Source of the DNA: Tubulanus polymorphus
Taxonomy: Eukaryota > Animalia > Nemertea
Direction of reading: 5' to 3'
NCBI RefSeq assembly: GCF_964204645.1
Contig: NC_134033.1
Coordinates: 2,934,131-2,998,130, forward strand
Length of the DNA stretch: 64,000 nucleotides
Shown: positions 28,101 through 39,766 of the stretch, piece after piece
Layout of the letters: every line of letters starts with the position of its first letter
How positions within the stretch are numbered: position 1 is the stretch's first letter
Made by a program: the position numbers and the translations under genes
Notes under the pieces: generated by a model
Database searches by the model: none
Seen by the model: only the letters and a program-made list of their open reading frames with translations
Told to the model about the DNA's origin: nothing

Positions 28101-28642
28101 CGGCCCAATTTTTTGCCATTTGAAACGTATGAAAAAGCGGCAGAACCCAAATTATAATTTCGTGTCCAAAAAACCAGTCGTCGAAACGCCCGAGAACAAA
28201 GTCACTTTGTTGGAAATGTATTATGAGTATCCTAAGCGGATAAAGAAGAAACACTGAAAATACGAACAGTAAATCGAACCAGGCAAGAATGATTATAGTT
28301 TGATAAGTGTCGCGACCGATCTTTCTGAATACTAGAATAGAAACAGAGTTAAGAATCATTCCTAAAACTGAAGCCGGCAAATATCCGTACAAGTAAATCT
28401 TATAGCTGAAAACGTGATCCCATCGTTCTGCTGGTAATAGGCTCGGGTGGCAGGGTTTAAGCGTAGTCGTAGTGATTGTGGTAGAATTCATACTGATGCT
28501 TCTATAACCTGTAATCAGTGACTCGCATATAACCTCTATTTATATATATATGTATGTATATAATTCATGCTGAAGCTTCTATAACCTGTTATCAGTGACT
28601 CGTAGTGAGTCGGTTATCAAATCTACTCTACTCTCAACGCAA

Positions 28643-28712
<70 letters not shown>

Positions 28713-29728
28713 CACTTAGTTCGGTCTGCGCATTGTCTCACGGTTGGAGGATCTTTTTCCAAATCGAAGTTAGCGTTAATTGTGATCTAAACAGCTAGTA
28801 ACAGACCGTGTCAATTAAGACCGTATCTAATTAACTCTCTTTAAATCGCAATCACAATTCGCATACGTTTATTTACATATATTCAAATTTTATATCGATT
28901 TTTTTCTCTGCAGATTACTGCATGGCGAATAAGTCATACATACCGATGCCGCGACCGGTTCGAGTATGCATGCGTGCGTCCGCCTACGCGGTCAGCTTGA
29001 TAGTTGTATTGAAGATACTGGCCTACGTCGCCCTCATCGTCGCCGCGCTTAAACGCAGGCTCGTACTGAAATTCATCTTACGCAACACGTTCGGTCAACT
29101 TCTCCACGATTCGATTCTGGTGACGATCATGCTAGCGAACGCCGTCTACACCAAGAATCGAGTGCCCTACGAGTTCAGCTGGATGTACCTGTTTTTCACG
29201 CCGGTTTTTCTCAGCAACGTCTGCGCGTTTTTTCAAATATTTCCCTCGTTCGGTTTCTACTTCATGAGCTTGCAAAAAATGTTGCAAGCTCTGGCGAGGT
29301 TTTCCTTCATATTCACGGTGGTTTTCATGATCTACTGCACGTGTCTATCGTCGTTGCTGGTGAACGCGAACGTCTGCGGATGGTCCAGCTGGAAAGTGAT
29401 CTACGGCACGTTTCTGAGCATGATTAACATGGCGGACTACGCGCAAATATCGTCGGATCGCCACAAGTTGGTGTTGTTCCAGATTTACCATATGGAAATG
29501 GTTTTCATCGTGGCCATCGTGATGTTGAACTTTCTGATAGCGATTATGACCGGCGTGCACTCGAAACACGACGAGCTGAAGGAGACGATTTCGACGGTGA
29601 CGCGCATGCGCCTGAATACGATGGCGCTCGTGCACGTGGTACAGTGGCGGCGTATGCTGCGTATGAAACCGTTGAACCTCGGTCTCGGCGATATACGAGT
29701 TGTCGTCAACGCGGCGGACGAAATGTGA
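25141..29728 (+). CDS. TRPV-like ankyrin-repeat cation channel, copy 1, ~558 aa; exons 25141-26002, 28914-29728 (further upstream exon possible)
   Basis: Ankyrin motifs NPLFLAC..VVWYLIAEGADVLVKDVNGNN and ENKLELRPLEFAARVG; YSYDL linker; S4-S5 linker FGFYFMSLQKMLQALARF; S6 IVMLNFLIAIMTG. Phase-1 intron ACAG|GTAAAC (26003) ... TTTTCTCTGCAG| (28913) joins the two ORFs (G+AT = Asp). Confidence 0.85.
26885..27060 (+). mobile_element. CR1-like LINE reverse-transcriptase fragment in TRPV intron (copy 1)
   Basis: Translates FDPGKSTD..IVFMDYEIAFDKLLHQRLLNKL, resembling the D.G..VD.IYLDF.KAFDKVPH.RLL.KL RT motif. Confidence 0.7.
27406..28491 (-). CDS. Intronless rhodopsin-family GPCR (FMRFamide/sex-peptide-receptor-like orphan), nested in TRPV intron, copy 1
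   Basis: 361 aa, seven hydrophobic segments, G..LN (TM1), LA..D (TM2), FERL (TM3), FFICEIP (TM6), DSSANFFVYC (TM7), N-terminal NST glycosylation site. Confidence 0.9.
   Translation of the reverse strand: MNSTTITTTTLKPCHPSLLPAERWDHVFSYKIYLYGYLPASVLGMILNSVSILVFRKIGRDTYQTIIILAWFDLLFVFSVFLLYPLRILIIHFQQSDFVLGRFDDWFFGHEIIIWVLPLFHTFQMAKNWAVVVINFERLLVVASPLYFKRFWNKKQIICLSVLNAISSAVCFWPYYFPLSLPGRSTQRCYERVYTMGAFGASTIPTPFVYLLDNARRDVINSYMFMTVLLPFITLIVINLTLFGIMISRKLNRKKQFHADAAAPGGKSTELKILKVVLIIVAIFFICEIPASLDRLLYFFKTHFGLLHGLSVDELMVMRKAGILLSVLDSSANFFVYCATNGAFRKTVKQILLINYLFDSK
28646..28710. repeat. (AT)n microsatellite upstream of nested GPCR copy 1
   Basis: Direct reading. Confidence 0.95.
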
Positions 29729-30693
29729 TTCGTCTAGAAACCGGTGACAAACACTAGATGGCGCGACTAACAGTCGGTTTTGCGACATTCCACATTCAAA
29801 CACATTTAGAAATTTTAATACATTTAAAACCCCAAATTTCCAATTGGCAAAATCACTTTGAAACGGTGTAGATATTTATAGATCGCTGATGTTGTATGTT
29901 AGTAGGTCGTACGTTTGTATAACCTTGTAAATAACCTTGTTATGTTTAAAAGTCTTTACTTTTCTCCTTAATAAACGATTGTAAACAAAATTGTTGGCCA
30001 AGAAACCACCAACCGACATCCACATGACCCGTATTTTCCTGTTCCAAATCATACAGTCGGCTCTAAGCCATCAGTCTGGTTGGCGGCCGTGAAGGTTCCA
30101 AGCTGTGTGGGGTTAGAATCCCGATACTGCGCGGATGTTGTCAGTTTAGATGGAAATAAATGTTCATTGCGTTCAAAAATTTGCTTTATGTTTTACCCGA
30201 AGGCAATTAAAAGTTTAAACGGGAACTTATTCTAATTTCAGTTTCCCCTACGCAAGTTTTGCTAAACGTGATACACGTATTAATTGTAACGCATCAAGTG
30301 AGAAATTCACAATTTTTAAGATATTTTCCAAATCATCACAAATATTGTTATGGAATTTTCATCTCTCATCCAAATAATGGTTTTAGTTAGTCTCAGACAA
30401 TAGAGCGGGTTACAACAAATACATGTAGTTTGTAAGATCTAATATGCAAAGTCAAGTTGTTTATATACTGATAAAACGTAAGACTCTTCTTTACTCTTGG
30501 AAATAAACACTTCGGACACAATAATTAGAATCATTACATCCAATGATGCCAGTCAAATTTCTATGGTTTAGCTTAAATTCAAACGCAAATCACTTCGAGT
30601 TTGCTATAACGAGGGTCCATCTGTTTAGAACTAGGATTAAACCTAACCTAACCTCAGTTTCCTAAAGAGAAACAATTTAAAATCTCTAATCAC

Positions 30694-31363
30694 CGGTTTA
30701 TGTGAGCAGTTATTAGATCACCATTCAGCTAACAGGAGTCCTCTATCAGACCAGGTTGGTTTAGTCAGTACACACTTGATGCAATCAGGTCCTGATGAAG
30801 TGAGGAAGTTCTGGAATCTGGAAACTGTATTAATTTGTCGGTTTAGTCAACGCGCATTGGCAGCAATCAGATCCTGCACAGGACGGTCGTCTCTGAAAAA
30901 GCAACCAAAGTTTAATTAGACTCGAATCAGCTTGAATCCGACCTAAGTTAAGTTTTACATTTAGATTTGAAGTTAAATTGTCTGCTCACCAATTCATGTG
31001 TGGAACTGCATGGATTATTTCGATCTGTTGTCGTTTCATTGGGAGATGTGACACTCAAGCTACAGCACTTATATCTGTCCGGTCTTGTTGGTTTAGTCAG
31101 CAAACATTGACAGCAATCAGATCCTGAGGGAAGAAGAGCTTATCTGAAAAACAGTATTGATCTCAGTGATAATTTTTAATTTGCCTCGATACATGCACAT
31201 TGTTATCTGTTATAGCCAGTATTAAAAACCTACAAATCTACTCACCACCAATTTCTGTGTGAAGCATCATGGATTATCTCAAAAATGTCTGGAGTTCACA
31301 GCGTCGGTTTAGTCAGCCTTGTGGTATTGACAGCAATCAGGTCCTGGGTGAGGAATGGCTGAT
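30694..31363 (-). ncRNA. Third copy of the candidate spliced minus-strand unit
   Basis: Colinear with 3726-4394; last donor reads GTGATT. Confidence 0.4.
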
Positions 31364-32120
31364 CTGAAAAACAACAATTTCATATTTCAGTTTCGACTGC
31401 AAGAATCAATGTTTAAGTTTAGGTTGGATTCCCGAGTGAGATCCCAGAGACAGAGAGTCAACTAGAATAATTTGTCCATGAGATGAAAACTGTCGAAAGC
31501 ATCCCTCGGCAACATCGCAAATTAGTATTTAAATTAGTGGACCTAATAATTGATAAAAAACTTATAGATCTCCCTTTTCACTTACGTAACCTCACGTAAG
31601 GACTGGACATATATGCGCGTGTATAGTGAATTCAACGTATATGTTACGAATAAGTATTCAATTATTTCAAAAACCGAGAACAATAACAGGACACAATATA
31701 AACTAAGTTTGGCATAATATGCGGTTCAATAGACACGAGAACCACTGGCTAGATAATACCGGACCGACCATGTTAATATTTCAACTTCAATTCCCTAACT
31801 GATATATGAAGTAGATATAATATCAGATATTCTCTAACAGTCCTCGTTAAAATGATAGTTCTATGCAGTAATTTAAATCCTTTCAAAATCGAATTAAAAG
31901 AAATATCAATTTGCAACACAATTTATCAATCACATTTCCATTATCGAATTGTCACTCGAATTTTCACAGGAATCAAGCACGAATCTTAGAACTATTTGCA
32001 ATTGATTATTATAAAAGATAAATTAAGATGATATAATCGGCAATTTGACCGTTCTAAACGGGTCCGTGTCCGGAACGGGACAAATTTAGAACGGACCGAA
32101 TCAGAGTGCGCGAGTCAGAT

Positions 32121-32206
32121 TCTCGTCGGGGTTATTGTCACTGTTTCCTAACTAAAGATTCCTAACATTTCAGTTTTGATTCTACCGCTGTCATCCCCGT
32201 CTTACT
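32121..32206 (+). pseudogene. Internally deleted TM3/TM4 fragment upstream of copy D
   Basis: TCTCGTCGGGGTTATTGTCACTGTTTC (TM3 start) joined to ATTCTACCGCTGTCATCCCCGTCTTACTT (TM4 end). Confidence 0.75.
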
Positions 32207-32737
32207 TGGTTGCTATTGTTTCTTCAAAACAATCTGTACCAAACAAGACCTTACTCACCACAATCAGATATCCACGCGCTTCACTTAGCTTCAACTCAGT
32301 TATTATATTGACTGTAGAGTGTGAATTGTCGAAACAGATATTGACGAAGTGTTTTACAGAGACGCAGAATATTTTGAGGTAAAGATAGAAAATGTCATAG
32401 AATATTATCACAAACTGAACGCAGTTCGGGAGCGACAGTAAATATTTTTAGAGAAATAATTGCACATGATTATAAACACGATATATTGAAACACGTCTAA
32501 ATTTAGAAACCGCGGTAATTACAGCGAAACCGAGAACAGATGAAAGTTTCACAAATTCGAGATTTGCGCCAGTTTGATGGGCGGATCTTTTTAACAAAAT
32601 AATTGGACTCGATCAATTCGTCAACTTCTGCCATTTGCGAATTCGTCATTACTTCGCAGCTACTCGTTTGAGAAATGTCGCGCAAACTTAGAAATAGTTA
32701 GAAATGTGTTTGTTTTGAAGCGTGAATTGTGTTCAAT

Positions 32738-35700
32738 ATGCAGCGAATGAAAGCGTTGTTCGTAGTTTTACTGATCGCTTGCGGAGACTGTATATTTACG
32801 CGGGCTGATCGCACAAACTCTGTCGAGGAAGCCGCGTCTGTTACAGTCAGTTCATCTTGTAACAACACTCAATACTCCGTCGATTCTACGTCTGGTTACA
32901 TCGTTTCACCGAACTATCCGTCGTTAGTGCGCGGTGTTGAATGTCGTTGGTTCGTCAACAGCTCTTTACCGGGAAGTTTTCTCGTTCAAGTTTACTACGA
33001 CATCGAGCCGTCGATATTCTGTAACGAAAACTACCTTCTCGTCGGTGAGTCCGACAACAAACTCTGCGCTACCGGTAGAAAACAACTTGATATCCGCAGT
33101 AACGATTTGATTTCGTTGTTGTTTAGGAGTAACGTCGATGGAGCGCGAGGTAGTCGGGTTAATATCATATATCGTTTTGAACAACAAAGTCGCTTTAAAA
33201 TCTTACATACATGTCACAAGCGTGCAGTAAAAGAATTACCAACTCAAACAGGTTATGAATTCATGATTTCTACCCGGCGATGTAAATTGTTGTTAGAATG
33301 GATCGGGATGCCAGACGGGTTTGCGATGAATTTAACGTTCATACCGATGGATTTCAGGTTGAAACCAGGTGAGGATTCAATAAAGACTCGTCCTCAAATT
33401 TACGACGGATGGAACAGCACCAGTGAACCTATAGCTCTTATACGAGAACAAACCGGACATCCACCATCATCGTTTTATACTAAAACTAATAAAGCACGTA
33501 TTGAAATTGAAAGAAGTTGGAAGTCGAAGTTACTCGTGCAAGTTTACAAATTATCAGATTGGAACATCTCTAACCCGTTAATTCAAGTCTATAATAAATC
33601 AGGACTGCTCACTCCAATTGATGGAATACCACATATAGTAACTCAGTCTAAACACTTATACTGCTGGTCTATCACAGTCGATGTTCTGCAGTACGTCGTC
33701 TTCAACTGGACACGTGATCTCGTTTCGTCACCAGGTGTCGTTGGTGTATATAAACAGGAAGGGTTACATATTGTGAGAACTGATATTTTACTCAGTTTTA
33801 ACCATCTTAAATCTCTGAGTGTAAAATCAGACGGATTTCTCGTGATTCTGTGCGTTTTAACGACATCGGATTTTTCAAGTTTGAATTTGAAATTAGAATT
33901 TGAAGTGAAATCAATGACAATATCAGACATCTACGTCAACAAGAAAAGGATATGGGTAAGTTTATAACAGTGATTTGTAGATTAGGTTCGTGTTATAGAA
34001 TCGTTGTAATTATCTATGATTTTTATTGCGATTTTGACCAGTGAAACTTTACCGAGAAACTTGGAATAACAACGTTATGTGTGATCCAAATTTCAATATA
34101 TTCGGACGCACTTGTTGTTTACGCAGAGTAATTATGATGATTTGTGGAGGAATTTAAGTTAAGTTTCGATAGCTACATTTTGAACTATCATCAATATATC
34201 GAGGTCGTACAGAGCTTGAAATTGTTGTATTGTAAACGTTCAATGCTGTAATCAATTCTCTTATACTTCAGCATTCATACACAATTCCAATACCTGTAAT
34301 CAATTCTCTTATATTTCAGAATTCTAACACAAAATCAATATCAGCTAATCGATTGTTCCCGAGATCAAAGAATACATTGTGTCGTGTTACTACATTACAA
34401 CTAAATTGGAAAGTGAACATCTACGAAGAACAGTTGAAACTAACAGTGCTATCAGAAAACTGTGATCGAGCTGGTTTTTATATATTCGATGGTAGTAATT
34501 TCACAGCTAGACGCTATGGTCCGTATTGTCCTGGTTCATACTACGGTCGATCTGTCGTCAGCCTGATTACATCAGGTGGACCGGTTACTGTAGTAGCATA
34601 CGCTTATTACTATAACAATCAGTTAACAGTTGGTAGCTCATATCTTCAATTTGCTCCTACTGATTGTGATGGTTATGTTCTACAGGAAGAAGAACGTCAG
34701 ATCAATATGACGTCACACTGTCTCGTGATTACACCTGGAAATCGACGCCTTCGCTTGAAAAATATTCACATATTATCAGAACACGAATATCAAATTGACC
34801 GATGTTTTCTCAAGATGCCATGGCTATGTGATCAATTTTTGAGTTTGAGTAATCAGTTTCTTAATAACAGTCTCGTATTAAACACTGTAGATTTCACAGT
34901 TAATGAGTTTGTATTCTGGCAGGAACCACTAATAGTTAAACTACGTCGTAAATGTCTAGGAGTGAAAAAAGCGCATAGTTTTGGATTCGCCGGTTCCCGT
35001 CTTCCAGTTACTACTAAAGATAAATGTGGACTCGTGCAGTCACCGAACTACCCGGGTTCGGCAGGAAGTACATCAAAAACTATTTCCTATGAATTTGCAA
35101 ACCCGATACAACAAAATATATTTCAATATTACAGATTTATTGTCAAATTTATTGGATCAGCTTCATGTGAAACAAACAGCAGGTTTGCGAATGATCCAAT
35201 CATTTTGATACAACTAATATATTATAAACCCTTCCTCAATGGGAAATATTTCAAAACTATTAAAACTCAACTGATGATTGGATTAAAATGGAAGGTAAGA
35301 CTAATGTATACAAATAGGAATTAGAATAAGATGGTTTTTGAAGAAGTGATATATTTTCATTCTTCACGAAATAGAATGATGGTTATTACACGTGGACTGA
35401 CGGCAAACCATTGAGCTACGCAGAGTGGTATAAACCTGTTATTAATGAAACGATACCAGAAGTTATTCGAGGATTTATATCTCCGCTAAGAAAACAACCG
35501 ATAAATGACGTCAACATGCCGTGTACGGCGATGATACTGAATAATCCACGAGGATCAGCGAACTGGGTTCGATTCCCGTGTCAAATCGAGGAGACGCACA
35601 CGACATTCATTTGTGAATCTGAGAGAATCGACATCAAAAACAAACATAATTCAACGTTAAACGACGCGAACAATTCAACAAATACAGACTTAAATAAAAC

Positions 35701-38644
35701 CACAGATCAAATTATTCCCGATGTTACTTTAATGAATTCAACCTGTCCAAGAGGTTGGGTAACTATTTCCGGACAATGTTATCAAATATTAACCGACTGG
35801 AAAAACAATGGGGGTTTAAATATTCGGAGTGCTAGAGAAATGTGTCACAGCATCCGCGCCGAAATAGTAAGAATCAACTTAAATATAGAAAGTGATATGA
35901 AAAATTTGATCAACAAATTTCAATATCGCCATCAATATGACGCTATACTGACAATGGACCGCGACGCATTAAAAGTTATCAAACCACTGGTGACCAGAAA
36001 TGAAATTACTTATATTCAATCGGTTAAATGGTTATTGAAACCTTTCGATAAGACAAAAGATAAAGTGCATTCCGTGATGTGTACCTATAATGTAACTGGT
36101 GAAGAGTCAGCTTCTGTAAGCGGTTGTAAATCGTGGCAGTTTGAATGTAACGATCAAAGATGTATCAGCGACCATCGCCTTTGTGATACCAGAAACGACT
36201 GTCAACGCGGTGAAGATGAACTCGATTGTACGGATATCAATTTACACAGTCAGTTCCGCTGTAACGATGGACAGGTTATATCGATTAGCGGTTTCTGTGA
36301 CTTTATGAGAGATTGCGTCGATGGCTCGGATGAGAACTCGTGCTATCATCCACCGTGTTTATCTACGCAATATCGCTGTTCCAATCACCAATGTATCGAT
36401 AGTTATAAACGATGTAACGGACTAACCGACTGTAAAGACGGTTCCGATGAGATCGGATGCACTGGCGAACTTTGTCAGGGGTTCTCGTGCGCGGACGGTG
36501 AATGTATTAGTTCTCAGTTGTATCGGGATGGTGTCGTGGATTGTAGCGGAAGTCTCGAAGAAGACGAATTGGTCACTAATATGACAGTGAGACCCGAGGT
36601 TTTTTGTAATAATGACAATCAATGTTCGACTCGTTTCACAGATCTGTGTAAGGAATCGGATGAGCAAAGATGTTCGTTCAATTCTCCTCGCTGTTATTCC
36701 CGACACGAAAGGTGTATTTTAGAAAGGATGCCGATTGGTTTCCCGGTATGTAGAAATCTTGAACACATACTCGCGTGTAATGACTTCGAATGCGCGGCTG
36801 GTACTGTAAAATGTCCGGCATCTTACTGTATACCGATCAGACACGTTTGTGACGGTCGATCCGATTGTCCTAATTCAGAAGATGAACGAAACTGCGAGAC
36901 TTGGTCGTGTCCGGGAATGTTTAAATGTGGCCAGGAAAACCGATGTATTCCGCAATCTGAAGTTTGCGACGGAGTCGTAAATTGTAAACATAACTCGGAT
37001 GACGAGTCATTCTGTAAGGTCAAGTGTCCTGAGCGTTGTAATTGCCGGGGTCATTTCATCGACTGTGAAAATGCTCTTTTATCAGATATTACTGGTCGTT
37101 TTATAGAATCAACTCGGGTTTTGATTTTGTCGAATAACCGAGTCGTATTTAACGAGTCGACGTTCAACTCTTTCATTTATCTTCGTTTTCTCGATATTTC
37201 GGGCAATAATTTGTCTTACATCGTTCCAAACGCGTTTTCTAATCTAAATAATCTATACGCATTAGACCTTACTCACAACCGCATAACATCATTATCTGCT
37301 AATACATTCGCAGGTTTGATCGGTTTAAAACAACTATTTCTTATCGGAAATCCGCTGCAACATTTAGAAGACGGTAGTTTCCGAGGTCTGACATCACTTA
37401 CTGCTCTCGATCTTCACGGACTTTCTATATCGGTTCTCGGTGAAAATGTATTTAAAGGTTTATCCGCATTACAGTCGTTAAATATCAGCAGTAACAGAAT
37501 ACATTACATTTCGAGATTGGCTTTTTCTGGATTGGTTGGACTTGAAATTCTAGATCTCGTCAAAAATGCCGAAGTGATATTTGTAAAAAGAAACGTTCTT
37601 GTCGATCTTACATCATTGAAATATCTCGCTTCGGATGCTTACAAATTTTGCTGCATGGCGCCGAATGTTGACCGATGTCTTCCCGAAGCTGATCAATTTT
37701 CGACCTGCTCTGACCTGATGGGTAACGCTGTACTGAGAGCCATCATCTGGATGATCGCATCTTTCAGTTTTCTCGCTAACAGTATCGTTATATTATTTCG
37801 CGTTCAAGCTTTACGGATGGAATCCTCCGGAACACGTAACACATCTTCAGATATCATCATCATAAATATTGCCGGTTGTGATTTTCTGATGTCGGTCTAT
37901 TTGTTTTTGATCGCAGGAGCTGACCACGCGTTCAAAGGCGTTTATTATCTGAATTCTGAAACCTGGACGGATAGCTCATTATGTCGTCTCGCCGGGGTTA
38001 TTGTCGCCGTTTCCTGCGAAGGTTCCTTGACTTTTCTCTTAATTCTAACGCGTCAGAGATATTCAAATATCGTCAACCCGTTTTCTAGAAGTCCGATTAT
38101 AACTCCGAAATACGTTATCGGTATTTGCTGCATTTGTTGGCTCGTTATTAGTACAGTTTCTATTCTACCGCTGTCATCGTCGTCTTACTTCGGAGACAAT
38201 TTTTACGGTACAACCGGAGTTTGTTTGCCTATGAATTTACTGACGATCGACGTCAATGGCTGGCACTATTCATTCACTATTTTTGCCTTGTTTAATGCGG
38301 CCATATTGGCTACGATAATGACGACGTACGCCCAGATGTATAGACTCGTATCTGGAAGTAGGTCGGGCTCGGGTAGAGCCGATCCTACCGAACTGGTTTT
38401 AGCTCGAAGGAGTTTAGTAATCAATCTTTGTAATCTATTTTGCTGGCTACCGATAATAATCGTTCAGTTTTGCGCCGTATTTTCGGTCGAGATACCGAAC
38501 CAGGTGGCCGCTTGGCTGGCCGTTCTATTTTTACCGATCAACTCGTCTCTGAATCCGCTTCTTTATACAATACTAACAATCGATATGAAATCTATTCGTG
38601 AACGCAATAAACGACGACTAGGATTGACGACATCCAGTAAATAA
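32738..38644 (+). CDS. GRL101-like giant LGR, copy D, ~1820 aa; exons 32738-33955, 34320 (alt 34272)-35294, 35375-38644; in-frame deletion in exon 2 and distinct C-tail
   Basis: Donors at 33956 and 35295, acceptors at 34319 (and 34271) and 35374 (TAG). Exon 2 is 123 codons shorter than in copy B. Ends IRERNKRRLGLTTSSK. Confidence 0.87.
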
Positions 38645-39441
38645 AGAATAGTTTGACAGGAGTCACTTTATAATGTTTGCCTATCTATAAATCGGGTTTG
38701 AACCTCGAAATCCTAAAACTTGGTTTCGAGTTCGTTTGGAGTCACGTGACCGCATCAGATGAACGAATACTATGAGATAAGTTTACAGCAGAGCAAAATT
38801 ACCCCGATTATCATAACTACCGTAAATTTTGGTATTTGTTATATCTAACTCACAACTTGCTGGAATTGGTAGAAATTTTACCGGAGTCGTGTTTTCCGAA
38901 TTACTAACTCGTAAAAACCTTTAAAATTATTTCTAACTGAGAAGGATTAATATTACACTTAATATCTAATACTTTAACATCTATATCCCCAAGATTCTTG
39001 CGTAAATATAAGCGGGTTTGATTGGAGCGAGAGGGAATCATCCGTTTGAAACTAGGATTTAGGGTTTCATGGATATAAAATTCCCCTAATTTGAAGGCGT
39101 TATATTTCTAAATAGTAATCTACGATTCAACCCTCAAACGTTTGAATAATCTATGAATATTCGTCATTTAGTTCCGAAAGAAGAATTGAGTATAACAATG
39201 ATTTGAGTCACTCGATAAAAATAAAACGGAGTAAAAATTCATGTCTCCCGTGAGGACGCTGATAGTTAGATTTATCAATATAACTGTTTCTACCACGAGA
39301 GACGAAGCACCTTATACCAGAAATATAACATCATAATGCATAAACACAGTTGATTGGGGAATATTGAAATATGTTCTTTTTCACTGACCGTTTATGAATT
39401 ATAGTTCTTTGATATATTTACGTAAAACCTAATATTTATAT

Positions 39442-39766
39442 TTTAAACAACTAGTGAAACCTATGGTACATAGAAATTTTACTGAGAGAGCTTTTAAATT
39501 TGCTGCTCCTGAACTTTGGAATGTTCTCCCTATTCATATTAGATCTAGTTCTACAGTCGAAACTTTTAAATCAAACCTAGAAGCATTCTATTTCAAACGA
39601 ACCTATTTGTCTTAATGTTTATTTCAACAAATCGACAATTTCAGTGATCTCAATGTTTTGCATTTTACCGTGAATTGTATTTTTGATTTTATTTTTTCTA
39701 ATCTTTTGTAAATTGCAAAGATTACTATGTAGATAATTTTCCATATCAAGAAAATAAATTATTATT
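39442..39766 (+). mobile_element. 5'-truncated CR1/L2-group LINE 3' end
   Basis: 39481-39615 translates TERAFKFAAPELWNVLPIHIRSSSTVETFKSNLEAFYF..*, the typical ORF2 C-terminal RAF..AAP.LWN.LP..IR...FK..L pattern, followed by a 3' UTR ending AATAAATTATTATT. Confidence 0.75.

Noticed and set aside
30055-30215. Possible tRNA-derived SINE (GGTTAGAATCCC B-box-like)
   Set aside because: No convincing A box, cloverleaf or second copy in the window.
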